A DNA stretch of 64,000 nt, taken from positions 1-64,000 of the IMG/VR virus record IMGVR_UViG_3300025122_005335, one strand, 5' to 3'. The notes beneath the pieces were generated by a model that was not told where the DNA came from, made no database searches, and saw only the letters and a program-made list of their open reading frames with translations. Of the stretch, positions 17,943 through 27,025 are shown piece after piece. Made by a program: the position numbers and the translations under genes. The stretch is from a virus. The first letter of the stretch is position 1; each line of letters begins with the position of its first letter.

Positions 17943-19226
17943 ATGAACGCAGGGAAAAATCGTAAAAGAGATTTAGAACTTTTAAGTGAGGTGTATTCAG
18001 AAGCTATGGGTTACGCCGGTGGCCGTGGATCTGTTAATACTCAACCAGGTGCGGGTGGTACCGGAGATTACGATGATAGCACAGGGCAGATTACACAACG
18101 TGCTGAAGACCAAAACCCTTTAGAAAATCCGTTTGGAGAGAGTGAGGAGACATACGAAGGTGAAGAAGAGAGCCAACAACGAAGAGCTGCGAGGCAATTG
18201 GAAGACGAGGGTTATACCGGAGGCAGGGCAGACAATAAAGGCAATTTGATATATAATAAAGGCACTTCGCATGCTCGAGTAGATACAGATGGGCAAATTA
18301 ACGGCCAACCAGCGCAAGAGTTTTTTAGAGGAACCGGTACAGAAGATGCAGAAGATTTTGGAAGCCCTAATTCAAATAGATCAGGTTGGGGAAGTGATGC
18401 TTTTTCACACCCGGGTAGCAATGAGACAACTGATGAAGATGAAGGGGGAATAATGGGTATAGATGATTGTGAAGATGAACCAGGTAAAATAGATGTAGTT
18501 ATAAACCCAGCATCAGCGCACGGTATAAGAGATATTCTTAAAAATATTTTTAGTAAGGATGATGAAGATCAAGAAGATGATGATTGGATGGATGAGGAAC
18601 CACCGGGGCTCAAATACGGCGTCGGTTCTGAAGAACCGGAAGGAATGAAGCATTATGATGATGCTGCACAAGCTCATAAAGCAGATGAAAGAGAAAATAG
18701 AAAAAATCTTCGCGCTCAAAATAGAATTGCTAAAAAATATGGTTTTAATCCTGACGAAAATGCTGAAGATACAGACGAATATGATACAAATCTTTTTAAA
18801 CATCTTGATAAACGAAATACAGATGAGGCTGAGAAACAAGGTTTTGATCCAGGTTTAAAGAATGTTCGTCATAGTGATGAAGATGAAGTTGATCGAGAGG
18901 GAAGATATAAAGAACGTTGGGGTAAAGATCTAGACGACGAAAAAGATCGCGAAGGTAGTTCAAACGCTGGTGAATATACAAACGTAGATAAAGACGAATT
19001 TTGTGGACCATCTGGTGGTGCCGCAGATGGGACATACCCTGTTAATACAAGAAAAAGAGCAGAAGCTGCTAAACGGTTAGCGCATAATGCGCCAGACCCA
19101 GATGGAATAAAAAGATGCGCTGATAGAGCATTAGCTAAAGATTCTTATTATTCTTCTAAAGGTGATAGAGCAATGACTCAAATAACTGAATCATATGAGC
19201 AAGTTTTAAAAAATGGCTTACTATAA
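17943..19226 (+). CDS. Acidic, modular putative virion/internal head protein
   Basis: Late promoter; D/E/G-rich; N-terminus MNAGKNRKRDL shared with the 19706 ORF. Confidence 0.6.
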   Translation: MNAGKNRKRDLELLSEVYSEAMGYAGGRGSVNTQPGAGGTGDYDDSTGQITQRAEDQNPLENPFGESEETYEGEEESQQRRAARQLEDEGYTGGRADNKGNLIYNKGTSHARVDTDGQINGQPAQEFFRGTGTEDAEDFGSPNSNRSGWGSDAFSHPGSNETTDEDEGGIMGIDDCEDEPGKIDVVINPASAHGIRDILKNIFSKDDEDQEDDDWMDEEPPGLKYGVGSEEPEGMKHYDDAAQAHKADERENRKNLRAQNRIAKKYGFNPDENAEDTDEYDTNLFKHLDKRNTDEAEKQGFDPGLKNVRHSDEDEVDREGRYKERWGKDLDDEKDREGSSNAGEYTNVDKDEFCGPSGGAADGTYPVNTRKRAEAAKRLAHNAPDPDGIKRCADRALAKDSYYSSKGDRAMTQITESYEQVLKNGLL

Positions 19227-19695
19227 ATCAAAAGGTGATAGAACAATGACCGACTTATGCGAAGCATATAGTCAAATAGTCGGTGAGCGAGAAATTGTAA
19301 ACGAAAGAACGATAGCATCTTATGAAGGTGGTACCGAACGTCCGGTAGTTCAAGAAGTTCTTGGTGCTTTAGCTGGTGCTGCTGCTACAGGTGCTGCTTC
19401 AGCTTTAGGTGGTAAGGCCATGGATGCTATTACAGGAAATGAAGACCAAGAAGGCCCAGTGCAAGACTTTGAAGTTGGTTCATTTGTTAAGATTGATGAT
19501 AGTCAAGGCGGTGGTTCAGGTGAGATAGTTGACATTTCAACAACAGAACCGGAGATGTATTGGATAGAAACAGATGACGATTCAACAAATGTTAGAGTAC
19601 ATAGAGATTTTCTAACGATTTCAAAAACAATTGCCGATGAAACGCGTCCAGAAGATGAACCCGGTCAATGGACCGCCGGAAGAACAGGACTATAA
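19213..19695 (+). CDS. Putative virion protein with a KOW/SH3-like C-terminal segment
   Basis: FEVGSFVKI...GEIVDI pattern; N-terminus duplicates the C-terminus of the upstream ORF. Confidence 0.55.
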   Translation: MAYYKSKGDRTMTDLCEAYSQIVGEREIVNERTIASYEGGTERPVVQEVLGALAGAAATGAASALGGKAMDAITGNEDQEGPVQDFEVGSFVKIDDSQGGGSGEIVDISTTEPEMYWIETDDDSTNVRVHRDFLTISKTIADETRPEDEPGQWTAGRTGL

Positions 19696-19705
19696 ATAAA
19701 ATTTT

Positions 19706-20806
19706 ATGAACGCAGGAAAAAATAGAAAAAGAGACCTAACTCAAATAGAAGAGGCTTATGAGGCTGTTGTAGGTAACCCCCCTGGTAAAGCTGCACACAA
19801 GCAGCAACTTAAGCCGGGTAAACCTATTAACAGAACATATGAACGCGCCGGTAAAAAAGTTAAGGTAAAGGGTGGTAACACTGACATACCTGCTGAAAAA
19901 CCGGATGGTTATCAAGGATTTGTCCATGACAACTCAGGACCTAACGGTGCAGACAATTTTAAAAGCACAGAATTAGATCCCGACAACCCAAAAGTTAAGT
20001 TAGATAACGAGTATGATGTTACAGAGTTATCAGATGAAGGTGCTGATCTTTATTTTAAGTCTGAAAATGAAAAAATTAACAAAGAGAGTATAAATACTAA
20101 TATGGCTAAGAAAAGATCTATTTTTGACCGTTTATACGAAGAAGTTATTGATGATGAGCAGATCGATGCTGTAGAATTAGGTATTGATACAGATGTTGTT
20201 GATGATGTTGACGTTGAAGACGAAGACACAGTTACTATAACAATTCCGAAAGAACTTGCACATCATTTACATGACGCATTAATGGACGTTATGGACGCTG
20301 CTGATGATATCGAAGATGTCGAGGATGACCTCGGTGACGAAGATGATTGGGACGGCGATGAGGATGCAGAAGAAACTGCGAATCAGAAGACCTATGGTGG
20401 TAACAAGGGTGATGATCCACGACACTTTGATCGTAAAACAGGTCGTAAGACCCAAGATAAAGATTACGAGGGTGAAGAGGAAGAAGAAAATTTCAATTAC
20501 TTTGGTGAAGAGATCGAAGCCGAGATTCTTGGAACACCTTTAGTCAATCAGAAGGAAGGTAACCCAACACCAGTAACTGGTAGCGCCAACGTTGTTCACA
20601 CTCAGTATACATCCAAAGTCGGAAGTAAAGAGGGTGACGGCAAAAGCGGTATTAAATTAGATCCTGAAGGTACTGATGAAGGAACACCTTTAGTTAACCA
20701 GAAGAAGGGTAACGCAATGTCAGTAAAAGGAAAATCTAATGTTGTTAAGAGCAAGATTAAGGGTGGCGGTAAAGGCGACCAAGAGTTCTTTCAGAAGAAC
20801 AGCTAA
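19706..20806 (+). CDS. Acidic putative head/core protein with a nested internal start at 20102
   Basis: TATAAATA at 19691-19698; two GTPLVNQKxGN...NVV repeats; internal TATAAATA-N5-ATG. Confidence 0.6.
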   Translation: MNAGKNRKRDLTQIEEAYEAVVGNPPGKAAHKQQLKPGKPINRTYERAGKKVKVKGGNTDIPAEKPDGYQGFVHDNSGPNGADNFKSTELDPDNPKVKLDNEYDVTELSDEGADLYFKSENEKINKESINTNMAKKRSIFDRLYEEVIDDEQIDAVELGIDTDVVDDVDVEDEDTVTITIPKELAHHLHDALMDVMDAADDIEDVEDDLGDEDDWDGDEDAEETANQKTYGGNKGDDPRHFDRKTGRKTQDKDYEGEEEEENFNYFGEEIEAEILGTPLVNQKEGNPTPVTGSANVVHTQYTSKVGSKEGDGKSGIKLDPEGTDEGTPLVNQKKGNAMSVKGKSNVVKSKIKGGGKGDQEFFQKNS

Positions 20807-20825
20807 TAAAAAATAGATATATTCT

Positions 20826-20851
20826 AAAGCCCCCGAAGGGGGCTTTTTTTT
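20826..20851 (+). terminator. Intrinsic terminator
   Basis: AAAGCCCCC-gaa-GGGGGCTTTTTTTT. Confidence 0.9.
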
Positions 20852-20865
20852 GCTTAAATATTAAC

Positions 20866-21282
20866 GTGAGCTTTGTTAAGTTTTTTACTGAAGGTGATGT
20901 TTCGAATTTTTGGTCACGAAAACCTAATACTGTGCGGAAATCCCCGGAGTGGTATCATCGAAATCGATATAATCTTGCTTCTACACAAAGTAGAGAACAG
21001 AAAGACGTGGTAGATGACCCAGCTAATAGAAAACATGCTCGAACAGTACCCGAATACAAGACAGAAAACATGAGTTTACCGGATGCCTATAAAGCTATAA
21101 AGAGTCAAGGTGGTCCAAAATCGATTCCAATAGGGTATTCAAATGTACGTCAATTAATGCAAAGATTTGGTATAAATCCCAGAAAGGTTATGGTTGGTAA
21201 GCCTGTGAGATTAAAAAATACAGGTGTTGCAATTGATTATAGACCAAACAATACGTTTCATTTAGTAAGAACAGGAAGATAA
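20866..21282 (+). CDS. Hypothetical late protein
   Basis: TAAATA-N5-GTG; MSFVKFFTE N-terminus. Confidence 0.6.
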   Translation: MSFVKFFTEGDVSNFWSRKPNTVRKSPEWYHRNRYNLASTQSREQKDVVDDPANRKHARTVPEYKTENMSLPDAYKAIKSQGGPKSIPIGYSNVRQLMQRFGINPRKVMVGKPVRLKNTGVAIDYRPNNTFHLVRTGR

Positions 21283-22169
21283 TGGCTATTAATATGGACA
21301 GATATAAGGGTATTAACCAAATTATGCCCAAATTTTTGCCTGGTGTACCTACTCCCGATCCTAGTGAGCCGGGTTCTATATACCCGGGTCCAAAACCATA
21401 TAATCAATGTTTTAGATTTACTAATAAAGCAAATAATGCATGTGAAAGAATTGTTATTGACAATTGGTGGGAAGAAATAATTGCATTATTTGGTCAAATT
21501 GTAACGTATTGGCAGAACCCTTATCAGACATTATCTGCTGATGGTCTCCCTAAGGGAGCTATTAACTTAGAGGGTGGTGGCCCTGGTAATATATATGGTG
21601 AAGAACCTACTAAGATCTTTAAAGATCCTAAGAACATAATTATAGCAGTTGAACTAAATGAAAATGCAGTAGTTTTACAAAAATATGGTTTTGATTCTGA
21701 TGATGAATTAACAGCTTATGTACATATTAGTGCATTTTATAATGAATTTGGCTGGTTACAAGAACCTAAAGCAGGTGATGTGTTTGAATTAACAGAATAT
21801 GGAGATGACAGACCTTATCCTCGAACTGGTAAGAAATTTGAAATAACTGAAAGACTGGACGAAGACGTTGCTAGGATAAATCCATTAGCAGGTCATTATG
21901 TGTGGATGATAAAAGCTAAACGTTATGATTATAGTTTTGAGCCTGGGTTGAGTGCTGAAGGTGGTAGCCAACAAGTGTACGATGATAAATTTTCTGGTCG
22001 TTTGGCTGACGGAGAGAACCCAAGATCATCACCTAAGAGTTATGAAGGTGATCTTGAACAACTATCTAAAGCCATATTTGATTATTCTGGTTTCGATTAT
22101 GACGACGTTTATGGGGGATATGGTAATACTGAAAATCCTGAGTCGGGGCCGTTCGGGCCTGGCTCTTAA
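21282..22169 (+). CDS. Neck / head-closure protein (gp14-like)
   Basis: IYGEEP, KYGFDSDDE, PKAGDV...KFEIT...YVWMIKAKRYDYS. Confidence 0.75.
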   Translation: MAINMDRYKGINQIMPKFLPGVPTPDPSEPGSIYPGPKPYNQCFRFTNKANNACERIVIDNWWEEIIALFGQIVTYWQNPYQTLSADGLPKGAINLEGGGPGNIYGEEPTKIFKDPKNIIIAVELNENAVVLQKYGFDSDDELTAYVHISAFYNEFGWLQEPKAGDVFELTEYGDDRPYPRTGKKFEITERLDEDVARINPLAGHYVWMIKAKRYDYSFEPGLSAEGGSQQVYDDKFSGRLADGENPRSSPKSYEGDLEQLSKAIFDYSGFDYDDVYGGYGNTENPESGPFGPGS

Positions 22170-22477
22170 CTTCTAGATCGTTCATAGAAACTAGAATAAT
22201 CTGGAAGCGCTTCTCCTTTAATTTTTGCAATAAACTCGTCTGCTTCACGACAACTTTCAAACTCTTCTACTACTATAGAACCATCACTACCTTTAAACGT
22301 GTAATTTACGCTTTTGTCTTGCTTTTTTATAAAAGATAAAGTGTATACCACTTCTTCCATTAACCCCCTAGTTGGGGCTCTTTTAGTCATTACTTGTTTC
22401 CCCGGAATAGTTGGTCCCCCTATTCGGACACCACCAGATCTGGGTATATGTATTACTGTATTAAGAATGTAATGCAT
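22166..22477 (-). CDS. Hypothetical protein
   Basis: ORF within an overlapping - strand operon. Confidence 0.6.
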   Translation of the reverse strand: MHYILNTVIHIPRSGGVRIGGPTIPGKQVMTKRAPTRGLMEEVVYTLSFIKKQDKSVNYTFKGSDGSIVVEEFESCREADEFIAKIKGEALPDYSSFYERSRS

Positions 22478-22742
22478 CTTCTTGATATATAAATTCTTTA
22501 ACGTTTCTTGCTGGGATTTTTACATCTCCCATTTTGTAATTTAAATATACCGATTCATACATTTCAGATATATAATTTTTAAAAGCTAATGGTTTTATCC
22601 ATGAATTATTCTTATTGACATCCATTCCCAATTTTTCTGCTTTGGCGGAAACATAATTAACTGCGTCAAATAAACATAACCACCTTGAAGTTTCTTCATC
22701 AGACATTTCATCAAGCATTTTTTTCTTTGATAATTGTTGCAT
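22461..22742 (-). CDS. Hypothetical protein
   Basis: ORF within an overlapping - strand operon. Confidence 0.6.
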   Translation of the reverse strand: MQQLSKKKMLDEMSDEETSRWLCLFDAVNYVSAKAEKLGMDVNKNNSWIKPLAFKNYISEMYESVYLNYKMGDVKIPARNVKEFIYQEDALHS

Positions 22743-23097
22743 ACCCTTCTATTATAGATGAAATCCGTCCAGCGTCAAATGTAAAATTACTTAATTTAGT
22801 ATTTTTAATTGCGTTTTCTATTACTTGTATATTTAACTTTAAAATGTTATGGTTGCTTTTTATATTTTTAGAATTTTGTTCCAAAATATCATCAAATATT
22901 GTACGAATTAAATTTTCTAGAATTTTGTCTTTGTTTTTGGCATCAAGAGTTGCTTTGGCTGCCATTATTCCTCTAGTGTAAGAATTCCTATACGGTGTAT
23001 CTTCGTAACGTTCTTTCGTGGTTTCAACTGCTACTGGTGGAATTAGTGTATTAGTTTGTTCGTTATATTCTAGTTTCTCGTTATTCATAGTCTTCAT
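22711..23097 (-). CDS. Hypothetical protein
   Basis: ORF within an overlapping - strand operon. Confidence 0.6.
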   Translation of the reverse strand: MKTMNNEKLEYNEQTNTLIPPVAVETTKERYEDTPYRNSYTRGIMAAKATLDAKNKDKILENLIRTIFDDILEQNSKNIKSNHNILKLNIQVIENAIKNTKLSNFTFDAGRISSIIEGYATIIKEKNA

Positions 23098-23506
23098 TGG
23101 TTACAAAGTTGTGTTTTTCAAATGGGTCACCTTCTATAGGTGTTGTTTTTAGAAATGTCTTTGTACCTATATATATTTTTATACCAATGTTACATTTAGG
23201 GCATTCATATTCATTATCCTCTGATACAACTATAGGTACAAACGCGGGGGTATTACAAGTTTCCACAGGACAAATTACTTCCAACCCTTGTTTTGTAAAT
23301 TCTTTTATACGTTCGTTCTCTAAAGTTCTAAACTCTACTTCCAATTTTGATTTATTCCATCTAGTAAAAAGATCATATACAATAAACTGCAATAATATGG
23401 ATAAACCAAAAACAGCCCAGAAGTTTAAACCTAAAAAATAGCAGCAACCACCAATAAACGCACTAATAACAAATACTATAGTAAGGGATTTAACAATTTG
23501 TAACAC
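23081..23506 (-). CDS. Two-TM membrane protein with a C-terminal Zn-ribbon
   Basis: Two hydrophobic N-terminal segments; CPVETC...CPKC; TTGATA-N16-TATAAT-N6-GTG. Confidence 0.7.
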   Translation of the reverse strand: MLQIVKSLTIVFVISAFIGGCCYFLGLNFWAVFGLSILLQFIVYDLFTRWNKSKLEVEFRTLENERIKEFTKQGLEVICPVETCNTPAFVPIVVSEDNEYECPKCNIGIKIYIGTKTFLKTTPIEGDPFEKHNFVTNEDYE

Positions 23507-23536
23507 GTAATTATTATATGAAAATAATTCAAGATA

Positions 23537-23899
23537 TCAACTTTGTTGATCAATGTTTCTTGTGTAACCAGCTTCTTTTCCGAGCTTACTTATATACTGT
23601 CTAGACACCCCTAAATCTCTTGCAATATCAGTATATTTTTCACCTGATTCAATTCTTCTCATTATATTCTCGATTTTTTCTGGATTAACTGCACCCGGGC
23701 GTCGACCTCTTGGGTGGGTAACACCCTGGGAATCTGCTATTTTTTTGACAAGCCATGGTGATAAAAAGAAATCATTAGCTATTTTAGCAAATGTATCTCC
23801 ACCAGCAATTCTAACATTAATAGCTTTTATTAAATCAGGTGACAATTTTTTTGAACCTAGCGGTCGTGCCATCTCATTAAAGTAAGTTACAAATGACAT
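23537..23899 (-). CDS. Tandem helix-turn-helix DNA-binding protein
   Basis: GDTFAKIANDFFLSPWLVKKI and GEKYTDIARDLGVSRQYISKL; PRGRRPG linker. Confidence 0.8.
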   Translation of the reverse strand: MSFVTYFNEMARPLGSKKLSPDLIKAINVRIAGGDTFAKIANDFFLSPWLVKKIADSQGVTHPRGRRPGAVNPEKIENIMRRIESGEKYTDIARDLGVSRQYISKLGKEAGYTRNIDQQS

Positions 23900-24378
23900 T
23901 ACTTAGGTAACTTGTTTATTGCTTGAGAACCACCAGCGTCTGGTGGAGCAGTTGGTGCACCAGTACTATTATCGTCTATTTCGGGACCTTCACTTTGATA
24001 AGGTTTCCTTTGAACTATAACATCTAAATTATTGGTCATAGACTCAATAATATTTTTTATTTTTTTACATTTTTTAATAAACCCATCTAAACTTGCTGCA
24101 GCATTTTCGCTTTCAAAAACAACAGGATTTTGTTTTGTTTGCATTGCTTTTGCTTGCACGTTATCAGCAGCTAGATATAACCCGCCAAGATCTTCAACTA
24201 TATGAGTTAAAGGAAAGGGTAACTGTAAGGGAGCTCTATCATTTTCATTTCTACCAGATGCTTGTAATAAATCTGCTACCGTGACATGAGAGGCTTTTTG
24301 TTCTCGAGTAGCAATACCTCTCACCCACTTATTATACATTTTTATTTGATCTTCTTCTAAAAGTTTTTTACTACCCAT
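23899..24378 (-). CDS. Hypothetical late protein
   Basis: TATAAATA-N5-ATG. Confidence 0.6.
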   Translation of the reverse strand: MGSKKLLEEDQIKMYNKWVRGIATREQKASHVTVADLLQASGRNENDRAPLQLPFPLTHIVEDLGGLYLAADNVQAKAMQTKQNPVVFESENAAASLDGFIKKCKKIKNIIESMTNNLDVIVQRKPYQSEGPEIDDNSTGAPTAPPDAGGSQAINKLPK

Positions 24379-24410
24379 ATTAATATTTATAAAAAAGCAT
24401 AAATATATAC

Positions 24411-24842
24411 ATGAGCTTTTTCGGTAAACATTTTGTTAGATTGTTAGAACAAGAAGAAATAGAAGATACAGTAACAATTACTGACACAGAAGCTATGGAG
24501 ACACAGTTAGATCCAGGCACAGAAGTAACAGATTATGAAGTGGATGCACCAACTCTAGACGGTGGTGAAATTACAGCACAGAGTAATGCAGCACAAGCCA
24601 GAGAATTAGTAGACATCATTGCCGCTATGGAAGAATTTACTAATTATCTTAATAGTGAAAAAGCTGATTCAGTTCAATCTCTCCTTCATGCAGCTAGTTG
24701 TGATACGCTTTTTAATAAAATTGCAGGTGCTGAAACTAAGAAGATAGCGAGAGTTGCAATGGAGTTAAGTTCACTAATTGAAAATCTTAAAGGGTATCTA
24801 CATACTGTAGAAACAGGTCCAGGTGCCGGGCAAGCGCGTTAA
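24411..24842 (+). CDS. Hypothetical acidic late protein
   Basis: CATAAATA-N5-ATG, divergent from the 24378 gene. Confidence 0.65.
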   Translation: MSFFGKHFVRLLEQEEIEDTVTITDTEAMETQLDPGTEVTDYEVDAPTLDGGEITAQSNAAQARELVDIIAAMEEFTNYLNSEKADSVQSLLHAASCDTLFNKIAGAETKKIARVAMELSSLIENLKGYLHTVETGPGAGQAR

Positions 24843-25876
24843 TTTATTTGAGACATCAGAACTTTACCCTTCAATCCTGAATGCGAGTGTTCGTCAATAA
24901 AGGTTGTAGGGATTTGATTTGTTTTAAGCCCCATTGCAATATCATTAAAATCTTTATATTTTGTACCTAATTTTTTTGGCCAAATGAACACTTTATGTCC
25001 TTGATCTAATAAAATCGAAGTTTTGTTTTTTGCAGCTTGATCTTTCCATTGCGAATCTAACACTATTATTTTTTTGTGTAATGGAAATGCTTTGAGTTGG
25101 TTATGTTGAAGTTTTGTATACAAACTATCACTATTTTCAGTGATACCAGCTACTGCTACACCGTTAGAAACAAAGCATGCATCAATAGGGCCTTCAAAAA
25201 TATAAATTGTGTCTTCTTTATCTGTTACCTGGTTAATATTAAAAATACTTTTTTCGCTTCTTATTTTAGATAGATATTTTGGGCTGTAAGAATGGTCTGT
25301 AAAAATTAATGTTCTTGTTTGATAATGAATTATTTTGTTGTTTGTATCATAGAACGGTACAACTAATCTATTTTTGTGTGTTTTATCTTTTAAAGAAATA
25401 TATAAAGCTTTTGGTTTGTTTATTGCTGTATCTAATTTTCGATTATTGATATAGTGCAATGCTTGCTTTATAATATTATTTCCTTTGTAATATTCGATTT
25501 GATTTTCGTCAAATAAATTAATACTATCTTCAGGTAATTTTTGTTTTAATATTTTTTCTACAAAAGTGTTTATTTGCTGTTCTTGATTAATATCTTTTGG
25601 TAATATATCAAATTCTTTACTTTCTTCTAATAATTTTTCATATGTTTCTCCAGATACCTCAATTATCCAATTTAAAGGACTTGAATGCCACCCACAATTG
25701 TGACAATGAAAATAGTTATCTTTTACTACGTAAAATAATCGTCGTTTTCTTCCCCAAGATTTACCTTCTCTACATACCGGGCAACCACCTTGATAGGTTT
25801 TAGCTAGTCTATTATACTTAGGTCTCCCTGCATATTGATAAAATTTTTGTACTATATATGCCTCTGGTAACACCAT
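24839..25876 (-). CDS. DNA primase (gp61)
   Basis: CPVC...HCHNCG Zn finger, RLVVPFY, PKY, FEGPIDA TOPRIM, KDFND. Confidence 0.93.
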   Translation of the reverse strand: MVLPEAYIVQKFYQYAGRPKYNRLAKTYQGGCPVCREGKSWGRKRRLFYVVKDNYFHCHNCGWHSSPLNWIIEVSGETYEKLLEESKEFDILPKDINQEQQINTFVEKILKQKLPEDSINLFDENQIEYYKGNNIIKQALHYINNRKLDTAINKPKALYISLKDKTHKNRLVVPFYDTNNKIIHYQTRTLIFTDHSYSPKYLSKIRSEKSIFNINQVTDKEDTIYIFEGPIDACFVSNGVAVAGITENSDSLYTKLQHNQLKAFPLHKKIIVLDSQWKDQAAKNKTSILLDQGHKVFIWPKKLGTKYKDFNDIAMGLKTNQIPTTFIDEHSHSGLKGKVLMSQIN

Positions 25877-25893
25877 ACCAAAGATATTATATA

Positions 25894-26100
25894 TTACTTC
25901 TGCACGTCTTCAATGGAAACAATTCCTTTTCTTATAAATGCACCACTTGCTGGGTCAATCCAATGAGCTTCTGTATAAATTTTACCGCCTCTTTCTATTT
26001 TATGAATACGAGGAAAACACGACTCACCAGATATTGGGCTAGCGATTGGAACTGCTCTAACCATTTGCATATTGTTAATGTTGTTATTCTGTTGTAGCAT
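25894..26100 (-). CDS. Hypothetical protein
   Basis: 68-aa ORF with upstream TAAATA. Confidence 0.6.
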   Translation of the reverse strand: MLQQNNNINNMQMVRAVPIASPISGESCFPRIHKIERGGKIYTEAHWIDPASGAFIRKGIVSIEDVQK

Positions 26101-27025
26101 ATCTGTTGTTTATATATTTATTATTTAATAGATTGACTTTATCTACAAGTTCTTGGATAATATCAGTTGAAAAGAATGAGTTAACCCATTTGTCTCTATT
26201 TGTTACTATACCGTCGATTCCCAATTCACAACACCTATTAAAGAATTTGGTTGAATCTTTTTTTGGCATACCCTGTTGTAATTGTTCCTTGTATGAAATT
26301 TCTTCTTCTTTATAGTATCTCCACCCATATTGTAGATCCATCATGTCATGATTGTGTTCGTAGACTTTAAAGTTTTCTTTTGTTAAAATTTGATCCCAAT
26401 GTGGTGTCTTGTTGTATTTTTCCAATAACTTTATCGCTCTTTTATGACCTATTTTTGGTAATCCTTTTATATTATCACTGTTATCACCAATAATAGATTT
26501 GTAATCTAAAAAGTTTTGAAGAGATACCCCTTTAGTGAAGTTCTCAAAGTTTTCTTTTGTTATTGCTGCTTTTTGGATAGGGTTAAAAACCAGAGTATCC
26601 TGATCGATAAGTTGATACAAATCTTTGTCTACTGTAATAATTTGTTTCTTTCCATGTAACACTTCTGTTAACCAACTTATAACGTCATCAGCTTCTAACC
26701 TATATGGGTATATACTCTTTATTCCTAAGTGATCCATTAATTCTCTCAACGTTTCATCATTTTTGTGAGCTTCTTTAGCTACTTCACCGTCTCTATTGCT
26801 CTTATAGTTTCCTTTTGATGTGGTTTTTCTGAAATTAGATGAAGGATATAGGAGTTTTTTATCCCATGCTGCATATATATGATCAGGTTTAAATTTATCT
26901 ACATAAGATTTGACTGATCTTAAAAACATTAAGGTGGCCATATTAATATTACCGTCTTTTATGTTTTTGTTTACCCAGAAAATTCTATAGAGTAAATTAT
27001 TTGCGTCTAGAATAAGATTTTTCAT
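26084..27025 (-). CDS. 5'-3' exonuclease / RNase H (FEN family)
   Basis: LILDANN, YKSNR, EADDVI, TVDKDLYQL, GDNSDNIKG. Confidence 0.92.
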   Translation of the reverse strand: MKNLILDANNLLYRIFWVNKNIKDGNINMATLMFLRSVKSYVDKFKPDHIYAAWDKKLLYPSSNFRKTTSKGNYKSNRDGEVAKEAHKNDETLRELMDHLGIKSIYPYRLEADDVISWLTEVLHGKKQIITVDKDLYQLIDQDTLVFNPIQKAAITKENFENFTKGVSLQNFLDYKSIIGDNSDNIKGLPKIGHKRAIKLLEKYNKTPHWDQILTKENFKVYEHNHDMMDLQYGWRYYKEEEISYKEQLQQGMPKKDSTKFFNRCCELGIDGIVTNRDKWVNSFFSTDIIQELVDKVNLLNNKYINNRYATTE

